A stretch of DNA of 64,000 nucleotides from an uncultured Candidatus Saccharibacteria bacterium (GTDB lineage: Bacteria > Patescibacteriota > Minisyncoccia > Phycocordibacterales > DATDWN01). The stretch is taken from NCBI GenBank assembly GCA_964616425.1, contig CAZTQY010000001.1, positions 23,008 through 87,007 of the forward strand. Reading direction: 5' to 3'. Under the pieces are notes generated by a model, which saw nothing but the letters and a program-made list of their open reading frames with translations, ran no database searches and was not told the origin of the DNA. Position numbers and translations under genes: made by a program. Below, piece after piece: positions 19,101-29,600 of this stretch. Every line of letters begins with the position of its first letter. Position 1 is the stretch's first letter.

Positions 19101-22100
19101 CCCATGATATAGATGGGTCATATGCACCCTGATCTGCCCCAACTCCAGACGTTGACACAGAAACCCTTCTTGTTTCTCCAGTTTGAGTATCGTGCCAAAA
19201 TACATCTCTTTTTGCTTCATTTAAATTACCGGAATTGTTATCACCAGCAGCTAGGTTATCATCGACAGAAGCAAAGACCACGTATCTACCATCATATGAT
19301 AGAACTGGATTTGATGAGTAACCAACAGCCTCTACTCCACCAGTAGCCTCACTAACACGAGTTGTAACTCCAGATGTTAAATCTTTTATAAATATATCTT
19401 GCTGTCCATTAGTATCTGAGGCAATCATATCTGATGCGCCTGAACTAAACGCAACCTTATTACCGTCGGGAGAAATAAATGGAGAAAGTGCGTCACCTGC
19501 GGCAAAACCACCACCCAATGCATTTGAAACGAGTATAGTAGTATTTGATACTCTATCTCTTATAAAGATATCCCAGTGTGCATTTGTATCATCTGATACT
19601 AAGTTAGTAGCGGCTGATTCAAAAACAACATAACGACCATCAGCAGATATTTGTGGATAATCAGATACTCCATCGGATTCTCCTCCAGCACTCGAGACAC
19701 TAATTCTCTCTGTAGTTTGATTAACGCGATCATACACAAAGACATCCTCAACTGTGTTTAGGTCGCCTGAAACTAGATTTGTAGCTTTAGATGAATAAGC
19801 TATATATCTTCCATCTGCTGAAACTGAAGATTTTAATCCACCAGAAACATCATTAGCTTCTGTTCCTGTACTACTTACGTTGTATCTTATAGGTTGGTTA
19901 CATGTTGCTGGTGCTTCTGGAGTAGGTTCATCATCACCACCGGTTACAGTAAAAGCAATTGCTCCACTGTTAGCTGAGGTGTATGCAGAAGATGCAGTAT
20001 CTTGATCAAGTGTTTTCACCTTCCAATAATAATCGCCATTATAAAGTGTTTGGCCAGATGATCCTACGTTATATGTTCCAAGCCCAGCGGACTGGCCAAC
20101 TGTAAATGAAAAACTGCCCTGCGATGTTATTGAAGAAACATAATCAACTGATGGTGAAGAAAAATCAGAATTATGACTAATGATTACTCTATACTTAACA
20201 GTATCCAAAACATCATCATCAGAAAGATTAAAAGTAAATTGTGGCTGAGTATTTGTTGTTGATGAACCATCTACATATTGTGTAGGACCAAGTGAAGTTG
20301 GGGCGTTAGGTGACGTGTTACTGAAAATAGCAAAATTTGTTAGAAAGTTTGGAGATGTTGTTGAATTTGTCTGGTCAAAAACACCCCCAATTATTAATTT
20401 ATTACCGTTTGAAAATAAACTAGTTAAAGAAGTATAACCGTAAGAACGATTTAAATTTGGTAACCAAGAATAAAGACTACTGTTGCTCAGATTGAAAGCC
20501 ATAGCTTCATCACCTGGCAGCTTATACTCGCCTCTAGTAAAGGATGAGTATGTATAACTTGGGTTTGGAATGCTTATTTGTCTACCAATATAAAGCAAAT
20601 CATCTGTAGCTAATATAGTCTTAACGGGATAATGACTCCAACCACCATATGATTTTGTACCCAAATCTGGATTAAATGAGGTTACTGTTCCATCTGTTAA
20701 ATTAAATCCAGCGACATCATCTCTGTACACTGGAGTTGTTGCATAATTTACAGCTGTAAATTGACCCCCGGCATACAAAGCATTGGAATTGAGAGAAATA
20801 CTATATATAAGTATATCTTGGTCTTTTCTAACAACTTCAGTGGGCACAAGATAATAACTAGTTCCAGACCAATTTTGACCAACCTGACCAGAGGTATTGT
20901 CGCCCCAAGCAAAAAGTCTACCTGTTGTTTTTAAACCAACAGAATGATCTTCACCTCCATATGCATAAGCCCAATCTGTATCTGTACCAACCTGAGTTGG
21001 AGATAGACGTTGAGTTGTATCATTCAAACCTAATTTATAATTAGAGTTAAGTCCCCAAGCGTAGAGTGTTCCATTTTGTTTTACCGCAAAGCTCCAAGCA
21101 TCACCTGCTCCCAGACTAGCCCAATCTGTATCTGTCCCAACTTGTGTAGGAGAAAGGCGCTGAGTTGTATCGCCCAAACCCAATCTTCCATTTGCATTAT
21201 AACCCCAAGCCCAGAGAGTGTGGCTTGTTTTCAATGCAAGCACATGATCACTATCCGCAACGACATCAGACCAGTCTGTATCAGTTCCAACCTGTGTTGG
21301 AACATCTCGCTCAGTAGTGTCACCCAAACCCAATCTTCCATTTGCATTATAACCCCAAGCCCAGAGAGTGCCATCTGATTTTATAGCTAAACTAAATTCA
21401 GAACCTGCTGCAATTTTAATCCAATTAGTATCTGTACCAATTTGTGTTGGAGTATACCTATGAACTAAATCATTTTGACCTAACTCCCCATCATAATTTG
21501 AACCCCAAGCCCAGAGAGTTCCGTCAGACTTTAAAGCAAGTGTATGGTAAAGACCTAAAACAACACGACTCCAATCACTATCACTACCAACTTGTAAAAT
21601 TGTCCTCTTAATCAATAAATCACCCAAACCAAGTTCTCCAAAAGCATTTAATCCCCATGACCACATAGTTCCATCAGTTTTTATACCTATGGCACTTGCA
21701 TCGCCATCACTTGCAGCTATATCTTTCCAAGTATCAGTACCAACTTGTGTAGGGTCACTTGAATCTCGTTCATGATTGCCCAGCTCACCATAACAGTCAC
21801 AGCCCCATGACCACAATGTTCCATTTGTTTTTAAGGATAATGTAAACTGAGTTCCAGCAGTAGTTGTAGCCCAATCAGTATCGCTAATTGGACTATTATG
21901 GATACTTGGGTTCCAACTCGTGACCGCACCATTTGTTAAGTTAAATGCTGCCAAGTTATACCTAGTTGCTGGAGTTGTTCCATTATTTACAGTACTAAAC
22001 AATCCCGCAGCATATAGTGTTGTAGAAGAAAGTGCTATTGAATTGACTAAATGTTGATCTCCATTTATTGGGTCTGTGCCAGTGTCAATATCTGGATTCC

Positions 22101-23898
22101 AACTTGTAACTGTACCATCTGTAAGGTTGAACGAAGCTAGATTATTCCTAGTTGTTGCACCATTAACAGTTGTAAACAGGCCACCTGCATATAGATTTGT
22201 GTCATTAACAGCGATAGACTTTACATATGAACCATATGAAGTAGTAACATTAGGATCCCAACTAGTTGCAGTACCTGTAGTAAGATCAAAAGCGGCAAGA
22301 CCATTTCGTACAGTACCGCCATTTACACTTTTAAATTGACCTCCGGCGTACAAATTACCTCCATGTATTGCTATTGAATAAACTCCAAAGTGATTTGTAT
22401 CATCATAAATAACATTTGGATCCCAACTTGTAACCTGCCCTGTAGTTGGATCAATTGCAGCAAGGCCATTTCTATCTACATATGGTCCAACATATGTCAT
22501 ATTTTGAGTACCACCTCCAACATACACATCAGTCACGCTTGTAGTCGCATTAACATTTTCAAATCCGGTACCAGAACATGTACTATTCAACTTTGTATCT
22601 CCACAGATAGGATCAGGGTTCCAACTTGTTACCGTACCATTTACTAAATCAAATGCAGCATAATCATTACGAGCTGTATTAGTTGTACCTATATTCACAT
22701 GATCAATATTTCCAGCAACATAAACAGCATTATTGTTTATAGCTAAGCTTCGAATGGCGTATGTACTGTTTGATGCACCAGTAATAGCTATATCTGGATT
22801 CCAACTTTGTACCACCCCACTAAAATCAAAGGCTGCAAGATTTACTCTAGTGGTTGTACTAGTTGTTGAGCTAGCTACTTCAAAAATACCTCCCACATAA
22901 ACTGTAGTATCACTAACAGCTATAGCATAAATTGGTGGGCCTTGTGTTGGAAACTGCGGGTCAGTAACTCCACCCGTAAAGCTTGATTTTAGTGAACCAT
23001 CAAGTAAGTCAAATGCAGCTAAACTCTTGTGAGCTATCGAGCTGACAGAAGTAAATGTTCCTCCAACATACAAAGTATCTGCAGAAGCTGCGGCAGATAT
23101 AACTTTCGGTGACCCGGGTCCTCCAAAAGATGGATCCCAACTTGTTACAGTACCATCTGTAAGGTTAAATGCTGCTATTCCGCCACTTCTGGTTGCAGGT
23201 GTAGTTGTGGTATTAACTTGAGTAAAACCACTACCGTATATATAGGCAGTAGAACTGGCAATAAGCATTCCAACTGGTGAGGCATTTAAACTAGGATCCC
23301 AACTAGTAACAACTCCGTTACTTATATCAAATGCTGCAGCACGTTTTCTTAAAACAGGGGTTGAATTTATATTTACAGTTAAAAAATTACCGACAGAATA
23401 CAGAGTACTACCATCTAAAACAATAGAATAGACTTCTCCATCAGTACTTGGATCAAAATTAGTGTCCAAACTTCCATTTGAATTTATGTGAGCTATGTTG
23501 TTCCTTGAAACGTCCTGTACTGTACTAAAGGAACCGCCAATATACCAACCACCTGAACCATCAGGAACAGCTGATCGTATTCGACCATTAGTCCTGCCTC
23601 TGGAGTTCAGAGTCGCAACTGCTGTACTTTGGTCAACAGCAATACCTCCACCAACCAGTGGAACACTCACCACTTCGTCAAAGAAACCTCCGACATATAT
23701 TGTCCCATCTGGACCAATTACCGTTGAATACACCTCACCGTTAAACCCAATTGTGTCAGTCCTTGGAATAGAAGTGAACGCGCCCGTTTTATAAATATCA
23801 AAACTAAGAAAACAAATGAGGACCGAAATAAACAATACACTAAATGCAATAGTTGAAGACTTGTACCGAAAAATCTGATTAATAATTCTTTGGGGCAT
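16132..23898 (-). CDS. Giant surface protein (2588 aa): beta-propeller repeats (delta-60/SBBP-like), RCC1 repeats, TolB/PD40-like repeats, two FN3-like modules, TSP-rich linker, C-terminal CarboxypepD_reg-like domains and TM anchors
   Basis: N-terminal TM. AAFDLxDGTVTSWNP repeats. RCC1 repeats (LWAWGYNANGRLGLGDTT). PD40-like (ADGRYVVFESAATNLVSDDTN). Modules VKYxVxIxxxSDFSSP...YYWxVxxxD at two sites. C-terminal DIEGRYGF / DEQGRYFIL and hydrophobic segments. Confidence 0.75.
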   Translation of the reverse strand: MPQRIINQIFRYKSSTIAFSVLFISVLICFLSFDIYKTGAFTSIPRTDTIGFNGEVYSTVIGPDGTIYVGGFFDEVVSVPLVGGGIAVDQSTAVATLNSRGRTNGRIRSAVPDGSGGWYIGGSFSTVQDVSRNNIAHINSNGSLDTNFDPSTDGEVYSIVLDGSTLYSVGNFLTVNINSTPVLRKRAAAFDISNGVVTSWDPSLNASPVGMLIASSTAYIYGSGFTQVNTTTTPATRSGGIAAFNLTDGTVTSWDPSFGGPGSPKVISAAASADTLYVGGTFTSVSSIAHKSLAAFDLLDGSLKSSFTGGVTDPQFPTQGPPIYAIAVSDTTVYVGGIFEVASSTTSTTTRVNLAAFDFSGVVQSWNPDIAITGASNSTYAIRSLAINNNAVYVAGNIDHVNIGTTNTARNDYAAFDLVNGTVTSWNPDPICGDTKLNSTCSGTGFENVNATTSVTDVYVGGGTQNMTYVGPYVDRNGLAAIDPTTGQVTSWDPNVIYDDTNHFGVYSIAIHGGNLYAGGQFKSVNGGTVRNGLAAFDLTTGTATSWDPNVTTSYGSYVKSIAVNDTNLYAGGLFTTVNGATTRNNLASFNLTDGTVTSWNPDIDTGTDPINGDQHLVNSIALSSTTLYAAGLFSTVNNGTTPATRYNLAAFNLTNGAVTSWNPSIHNSPISDTDWATTTAGTQFTLSLKTNGTLWSWGCDCYGELGNHERDSSDPTQVGTDTWKDIAASDGDASAIGIKTDGTMWSWGLNAFGELGLGDLLIKRTILQVGSDSDWSRVVLGLYHTLALKSDGTLWAWGSNYDGELGQNDLVHRYTPTQIGTDTNWIKIAAGSEFSLAIKSDGTLWAWGYNANGRLGLGDTTERDVPTQVGTDTDWSDVVADSDHVLALKTSHTLWAWGYNANGRLGLGDTTQRLSPTQVGTDTDWASLGAGDAWSFAVKQNGTLYAWGLNSNYKLGLNDTTQRLSPTQVGTDTDWAYAYGGEDHSVGLKTTGRLFAWGDNTSGQVGQNWSGTSYYLVPTEVVRKDQDILIYSISLNSNALYAGGQFTAVNYATTPVYRDDVAGFNLTDGTVTSFNPDLGTKSYGGWSHYPVKTILATDDLLYIGRQISIPNPSYTYSSFTRGEYKLPGDEAMAFNLSNSSLYSWLPNLNRSYGYTSLTSLFSNGNKLIIGGVFDQTNSTTSPNFLTNFAIFSNTSPNAPTSLGPTQYVDGSSTTNTQPQFTFNLSDDDVLDTVKYRVIISHNSDFSSPSVDYVSSITSQGSFSFTVGQSAGLGTYNVGSSGQTLYNGDYYWKVKTLDQDTASSAYTSANSGAIAFTVTGGDDEPTPEAPATCNQPIRYNVSSTGTEANDVSGGLKSSVSADGRYIAYSSKATNLVSGDLNTVEDVFVYDRVNQTTERISVSSAGGESDGVSDYPQISADGRYVVFESAATNLVSDDTNAHWDIFIRDRVSNTTILVSNALGGGFAAGDALSPFISPDGNKVAFSSGASDMIASDTNGQQDIFIKDLTSGVTTRVSEATGGVEAVGYSSNPVLSYDGRYVVFASVDDNLAAGDNNSGNLNEAKRDVFWHDTQTGETRRVSVSTSGVGADQGAYDPSISWDGMIVAFESDSTNLVEGDVNANWDVYVRDMNNSTTEKVDLNDRGAPVSTYGYSYYDNYMSYDGRYITFESEDTDVVTDVTATGYDIFVRDRVASTTRIASANSDCVADGGWGSGISPDGQYVHFMSGGTSLVASDTNGIDDNFLVKMLNTLPVTITALGPSNRVDGSSGAESTPTISFNFSFPAKYQVQIDNSSDFSSPVVDYTSEWGSWNDISFVVGQSEGNGVYTVGSSGQTLSDDSYYWRVRATDNNGVSTAYSTANSGDVAFIVGIPSTPTPTPSTPSSGNASNGPIVGSYGQINTPYVSPFIASIQSGNPPPTPPVLTSSVPEPVPVEVKSDVKITTEVDTKTSTTTVNEIVTEETTQPETVEVTNTVTTTPNPADLSSLPPCPTVLGAYIAAASSNASEKNQSSKSSSNANKATPVENVVALPVDSFDYSINNGATIKEVNAIFVSSIKHAREFRKLVINSINKKDPNHKAVIKYANDQYKVSREIARNARKIRKAFLKNKPKNVPTPAPIVVEQSGTSTENIQVSTQLSTSTNTVTNDGSNSSNENVTDSSPSTNNDGSNVVSVNTGVVSADKDGNPCIVYKEVVLPSVTKEETNTPSTPSETISNDLNNDQDNTSTIKDIISSIINGISGIGYESPSEYFSDIYTSYYDYASADTQDFIGTLPDRVDNVYVQSVGNVAVAVPLLTSLALSTRAFANGAVPFAGFASYLFYFVPQLIKVKRKSKPWGTVYDSITKRPIPFARVELLNSESRKLESAVTDIEGRYGFLVSPQFALGSNALIQLKVYQKNYSFPSVEIPTTNEKILYENIYQGGPINVQDTTVNFDVPMDPLSIDKVLRPTYFGIISVGFNNLLTRLSDGLFVVGVIFGITNYTTHPNLLGLLPIVLILVAALFRVSGFKLKSFGLTLENLTKNVLPFTFIALHNINGQREKFTVSDEQGRYFILSTRGQHILKAYTAAHINPMRQISLPIDAKEGWVSKEIEL
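21168..21382. repeat. Intragenic tandem repeat: about 55-bp identical segments at about 21175-21229 and 21325-21379, with a 150-bp period equal to one RCC1 unit
   Basis: Seen directly: cccaaacccaatcttccatttgcattataaccccaagcccagagagtg occurs twice. Confidence 0.7.
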
Positions 23899-24026
23899 TA
23901 CTGGTTTTATCTTTAATTTGATTTTTGGAAATCAAATACGCAGAAAACATTTACCTCACTAATTTGGCTAATTTAATTATACCAAAACACCCCTAAACAT
24001 AAAGCTATTTATCAACAAAAAATGTG

Positions 24027-24563
24027 CTATTTTTTGAGCAATTTTTCAAAATTCTTGCTTACTTTTTCCAGTTTTGGATTAATAACTAACTCACAATATG
24101 GAGCTTCTTTATTTTTCTCAAAATAATCCTTGTGATAGCTCTCTGCTACGTAAAAAACATCAAGCGGCATAACTTCTGTAACCACAGGTTTTCCTTCTTC
24201 ATTAGAATTATTAATTTCCACTATAAAATCCTCAGCGATTCGCTTTTGTTCTAGTGTTGTATAAAAAATAACAGAACGATACTGTGTACCAACATCATTA
24301 CCTTGTCTGTTTACAGTTGTTGGGTCGTGACTACCGAAAAATACAGTGAGAAGATCTCTATAGCTCACCTCTTTTGGGTTAAATTCTATTTTAGTGCATT
24401 CAGCATGACCTGTTGTGCCAGAACTAACCTGCTCATATGTAGGATTTGGTGTTGTGCCACCTGAATACCCAGGTAAGACAGCCGAGACTCCTTTTAACAT
24501 CTTGAAAACTGCTTCTGTACACCAGAAACAACCTCCACCAAATACTGCTATTTCTTTTTCCAT
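24027..24563 (-). CDS. msrA: Peptide-methionine (S)-S-oxide reductase
   Basis: Active-site motif GGGCFWC. Likely start at MEKEIAVFGGG; the track ORF extends to 24587. Confidence 0.9.
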   Translation of the reverse strand: MEKEIAVFGGGCFWCTEAVFKMLKGVSAVLPGYSGGTTPNPTYEQVSSGTTGHAECTKIEFNPKEVSYRDLLTVFFGSHDPTTVNRQGNDVGTQYRSVIFYTTLEQKRIAEDFIVEINNSNEEGKPVVTEVMPLDVFYVAESYHKDYFEKNKEAPYCELVINPKLEKVSKNFEKLLKK

Positions 24564-24631
24564 AACCTTATTATATAACAAAACCACTCTTTTGAGTGGT
24601 TTTGTAAAATGAATATATTTTATTTTTTTAT

Positions 24632-25492
24632 TTATTGTGTGACTCCTATTTTAAATGCTGCTAACTCGGCTGCCGGGTTACCCTGTCCTCCATGTTGAGC
24701 CATAAAAGAACTAGTTGCATCTACACCACACATACCCTTAATTGCTGCTTGACCTCCAGGATGCTGAGAAATCCAAGCAGTTAGGTTGTAAACTCCACCA
24801 TTAACCACAGACCAACAGTCTGAAGCTGAATTATGTGTAGAAACCTGAGCAAGAGTATATTTTGGCAAAGTTGAGCCTGTAGAAGCTGAAACTGAGACAT
24901 TTGGGACACTCACACCAGCAGATACTCTAGTTGTTCCACCTCTATCATCGTCATCATCGTCTTCTGATTCATTTTCATCATCTGAATCATCTCCTCTTCT
25001 TTCTGTTTTTTTAACTGATTCTGAATTACTTGATTTTACAGTAGAAGTTAGGCTCACTTTATCTTCTAAAGTCTCATCATCTGAATCTTCACTGTTTACT
25101 CCAATGTTTGCGGCGATTTCAGAATGACTTTTTACTTCTCTCTCAAAATCACCATCTATCTCGTCAGCAGATTTTGAGTCACCCTTTGCTCTGATCTTTA
25201 TGACGTTCTCATTTATCAGATCAACTTCTTTTAAAAATGAATTTTTAATTTCTATACTCTGTTCTGCAGATAAACTTCCCTTTTCCTTCAATTTTTCTGC
25301 TTCAACTAAACGTTTTGCAGCCTGATGAACAGAAACTTTTGCATCAGCCTTTGCAGTTAAAGCTAAAGCAGACTCGAGTTTCTCATTTATATTGATTTTA
25401 ATAGGATACAATGCATCTCCGGGTAAAGAATTTTCAGCTACAACCCCAGTTCCTCCACCAATTACTAACAGTATTAATAATGCTATAGGCAT
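24632..25492 (-). CDS. Secreted protein with a DUF5667-like N-terminal region, acidic low-complexity linker, and C-terminal cytochrome b5-like heme-binding domain
   Basis: N-terminal signal/TM. DDSDDENESEDDDDDD tract. C-terminal YTLAQVSTHNSASDCWSVVNGGVYNLTAWISQHPGG...FMAQHGG matches the cyt-b5 HPGG motif. Confidence 0.6.
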   Translation of the reverse strand: MPIALLILLVIGGGTGVVAENSLPGDALYPIKININEKLESALALTAKADAKVSVHQAAKRLVEAEKLKEKGSLSAEQSIEIKNSFLKEVDLINENVIKIRAKGDSKSADEIDGDFEREVKSHSEIAANIGVNSEDSDDETLEDKVSLTSTVKSSNSESVKKTERRGDDSDDENESEDDDDDDRGGTTRVSAGVSVPNVSVSASTGSTLPKYTLAQVSTHNSASDCWSVVNGGVYNLTAWISQHPGGQAAIKGMCGVDATSSFMAQHGGQGNPAAELAAFKIGVTQ

Positions 25493-25572
25493 AATATGAT
25501 AATTAAATTATAAATCAAAATAACGGTTAACCCAATTTGAGACGGCTTTCCAGCACGAATCTTACACCAAAA

Positions 25573-26574
25573 CTAAACTATCATTACTGGTTCGATGATT
25601 ATAGATTTGTAAATATATAATAAACCAAAAATTATAAAAAGTATGCCTATAGCGAGGATGACTGCCCTTATATTGTGCGCCCTAAACTCAACAAAGACTG
25701 TAAAGACTAGACCAATAACGACAAGTAATGCGATAAATAGATATACAAAACTCAAAGTCCTCTCTGGAGAGAGTAATGCTTGCTCTATAAAGCTAGAATA
25801 TTTTATTTGAGGGGCAACCGTGGTTGCCACTGGTGTCTTTTCAACTGAAACAAAAAGTTCTGTTGTTCCATTTTCAGATGTTACTTCTGTTGAAGTTGAT
25901 TCAGAAAGCACAGAACTCACATTTGTACCCAAGCCTATGTTAGAACTTGATTGGGGTTTACTCGAAACTACTTTTGGCACTTCTTTACTTGCACTAATAG
26001 TTGATACAGATTTTGCAGGTCTACCAAAAAGTTGAACAACAAAAGTTGTCATTCTACCTTTATACATACCATCTGCAGTTGCGATACCTACTTCAGAAAA
26101 ATTATTGTTCATTATGTTGTCTCTGTGACCAGGTGAGTTCATCCAAGCAGTATTTACATCAACAGAATCATTAAAGTTAACAGCTAGATTTTCTCCAGCA
26201 TAACTAAAATCATATCCAGCCTCCTTAAACCAATACCATGGAGTTTTGCCATCTGGACTTTTGTGAGCAAAGTAACCTTTTTCTGCCATATCATTAGCCT
26301 TGAGCTGTGCAGCCTTTTCCAAAACAGGATTGATGGCCAAGTGACTATAGTTTTTTGCATCACGATCCTTGTTTGCATAATCAACCAAAACCTTTGGCAA
26401 TACAAGAGCGGTAAAATCTGTACTAACCAAAAATCTACCAGAAACTGCAACTAGAAATAGAACGAAAACAGTGAGCAGTATTATAAAAACAGAAAGTCCT
26501 CGAAATATATGTGGTCTATAATTATTTACTTTGTGAGGAATAAAATATTTCTTGAACCATTTGAACATTCTCAA
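25573..26574 (-). CDS. CAP/SCP/PR-1-like extracellular domain protein with N- and C-terminal TM segments
   Basis: MAEKGYFAHKSPDGKTPWYWFKEAGYDFSYAGENLAVNF...SPGHRDNIMNNNFSEVGIA matches CAP-domain motifs. Confidence 0.7.
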   Translation of the reverse strand: MRMFKWFKKYFIPHKVNNYRPHIFRGLSVFIILLTVFVLFLVAVSGRFLVSTDFTALVLPKVLVDYANKDRDAKNYSHLAINPVLEKAAQLKANDMAEKGYFAHKSPDGKTPWYWFKEAGYDFSYAGENLAVNFNDSVDVNTAWMNSPGHRDNIMNNNFSEVGIATADGMYKGRMTTFVVQLFGRPAKSVSTISASKEVPKVVSSKPQSSSNIGLGTNVSSVLSESTSTEVTSENGTTELFVSVEKTPVATTVAPQIKYSSFIEQALLSPERTLSFVYLFIALLVVIGLVFTVFVEFRAHNIRAVILAIGILFIIFGLLYIYKSIIIEPVMIV

Positions 26575-26621
26575 ATTGTAGCAATTGAAACCAAAAAATA
26601 CAAATCAAGTTTTGTAAAGGT

Positions 26622-26655
26622 AACAAAAAGCCCTATTTCTAGGGCTTTTTGTGCC
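26622..26655 (-). terminator. Rho-independent terminator downstream of the 26679-31100 gene
   Basis: Hairpin aaaagccctatttctagggctttt, followed by a T-run on the minus strand. Confidence 0.6.
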
Positions 26656-26678
26656 AAACTTTAAATTGTACTAGCTAA

Positions 26679-29600
26679 TTATTGAGCGTTTGGGTTCAAT
26701 GACCAAGGAACTAGTGGAGGTAACTCCAAAGATAGTTCTGGACATTCAAGCTGATTAATTTTCTTTACTGTTGATAGATATACAATACCTGTTGGACCTG
26801 TTAGACCCCATGGTTTTAGAATATCATCTCCATATTTTTCCTGGAACTTCTTAACTTGTACAAATGTTAGTGGTCCATAGAATCCAGTTACTGGAATGTT
26901 AGAACCTAGCCATTTGTTTAGGAAAGTCTGAAGTTTCTTTACTTGTTCAGAATTATTCTTTGAACTTCCAAGTTTGAAGTGTGAATTGATATAGATACCG
27001 CATGATTCACCCAAAACTTCACCCTGTGGAGCTCCATTACCAAGTACGAATCCAAAGTTAACTGGACCATTACCTCCTCCACCACCAGTTGTTCTGAATG
27101 TTGGAGTGTCATCTGTTGGCTCTTCCTCATCTATAACTACTGGGTTTGATGTTGAATAAGTTAGGTTATCAATAAGGAATCCTTTTCCTGTGTTTGCTGG
27201 ATGAGCTGTTCCTCTAGCCTGGAAGATTAGAGTCTTTACGATTCTTGGTGATTGTTCTGCTGATGACTCTGAATCGAATCTATAATAATTCTCCCAACTT
27301 TTTCCAGTGTGAACCAAAACACCATCAATGTAGATTTTTACGATATCGTTAGATGCTCCGTCAACAAAGTCCATTACAAACTTAATTTTGTGTGGGATAG
27401 ATCGATTTAGATTATCAGCAACTAGCACCTCATCAAAGCTTATTGGGCCTGTACCAGATACATCATCAAAGTAGACATCCAATCCACCTGCAGTATCTTC
27501 AAATCTTAGGTAGCTCATTCTTGAACCATCTCCTCGATCTGGTGAAACTGAAATATGTAGACCTGGTTGTTCCTGACATGGTTGAGTTGATGCAATATCA
27601 AACTGAGCCTCAAAGTGAGTTTGTCGAGTACCTGCTGAGAATGCGCCAGCTGTTGCAGAAGCCTCTCCAGCTCCATTTGCTACTCCTGGAGCAAACACCC
27701 AGTCTCCAAATGAACCACTTGTAGCTCCATCAGAGATTCTAAATGATTGTGAATCAAAGCTTGCATAACCATATGTGTTTGGCACAATAGCGAAGTCATA
27801 TGGGCCTGTTGCTGACCAACCATTTTGTCCATTGATTGCGCCAGTTGTATAACTCTGAGTAGACTCAAATCTAATAGCTCCACTGTTATCTGATGTGTCT
27901 GTATAAGTCGCAGGACATGATGGTGGTTCAACTGGTCCTGGACAAGGTTTGTTTACAACAATCACTGTTCTATCTGATGTTATATCTGTAAATACAGGTG
28001 CTGTTTCAGTCAACGTAGCTGAAAGTGCTGATGAAAGATCATTGCCTGATTTGTAACCAAGTAAGTAATACTTTCCAACTTCACAAGCTTCTGAGTTTGA
28101 AACAACCACTGCACCGTCTACTACTTCTGAAGTTGTGTAATCTGCTGGAGCTTCCATTGGAGCAGTATCGGCTGAATATTTTAGAGTTGCTCCTCCATGA
28201 TTATCTCCAAGCACATATGATCCTGATGATGATACACCACTATTCAAGTTGGCTGTTTGCCATGTTGCTGTCATTGGGAAAGCTGGAATCTCTGCATTGT
28301 CTGAAACCTGAGAAATTCCATCACCATTATCTAGATATTTGTATATATGTACCTTTAGTGTAGTTGCACCTTGTACCTCTCCACACTTATGGTTCCAAAC
28401 TATCATGTAACTCTCACCATCAATAGTGAAAACTGGAGGAGTAAGACTTTTAGTTGCATTTTGTGCCTCACTCAGACTAGATCCTGAAGTGTAACCTACA
28501 AGTTCATACTGTTTACCTTCCTGACAGCTTGCTCCAACTAGACTTGTATCCAAGTTTTCGTTTGCAGTATATGTCGCACCAGCTGGCATTTCAGAAGTTG
28601 ATGCCTCATAAGGCTCATCTCCATTTGTCCATCCTGAAGGACTTAGAGTAAATGGTGCATTATAAGTAGCAGTAAACATTGGGAATGATGCAGAAACTGC
28701 ATTTATAATGTTTGCCTGTTCACCATCAATATATTTGAAAATGTGAACATGACCATTTGTTGGTTCATGAGGAGTTTCTGGAGGAACACATCTTAAACTT
28801 ACACCATCAATATATCCACCATAGCTTGTATCTGTTCCAATATCATTGAATCCAATAACAGTTGATGTAGTCGTTGCTGTAAAGTTTCTAGTGTATGAAG
28901 TCCATACAGTATCTGAATTTGATGTTCCGTCTGCAGTTATAGATGAACCAAGAACTAATCCGCCTGCCTGAGCTTCTAGAGCGTTATCAGCAGAGTCTCG
29001 TCCTGGTCGTGGTGAATATTTGAACGTAAGAGCATAATTCATACCTGGAGTTGTAGAAATATTTTGAGAAATATTTACTGGGTGATAACCATCTAGTTCT
29101 GCGAACTGATCACCTAATCCTGGATCTGGGTTACCAGCAACGTGATTTTGGATTTCAAGTCCCAATACTCCACTTGTTAGTGGATTGAACCATGCTACCA
29201 ACCATTTAAGAGCTGGATTTGAATCTGGAACTACACCCCATGTACCTGAACCCATAGCTGGATCTTCAAAAGAACCATTTTGTATTAATTCTACATTTGC
29301 GTCACAGACTGGAAGTTCACTTTGGCAAAGTGGTGAGTATGGTGAAATCGCTAGTGACTTGTCTGTAAACTCAAATGAAAGTTCTGAGCTTACTGTATGT
29401 CTTTCTGCAAAGAATACATCCACGATATGAGTACCTGCAGTCATGCTGATTGAACCAGACTGAGTACTTGCTGCATGTATACCATGGTTATCAACCTGCA
29501 CTACTCCGTCAACCAATACCCAAGCATCATCATCAGATGAAAGCGTATAGGCATAGTTACCAGTTACAGGAACAATAACTTTTGCTGAAGAATGAACTCC

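Noticed and set aside
26939-28363. Small His/Leu/Gln-rich ORFs on both strands inside the 1473-aa gene
   Set aside because: Alternative-frame artefacts of a long, compositionally biased coding region.
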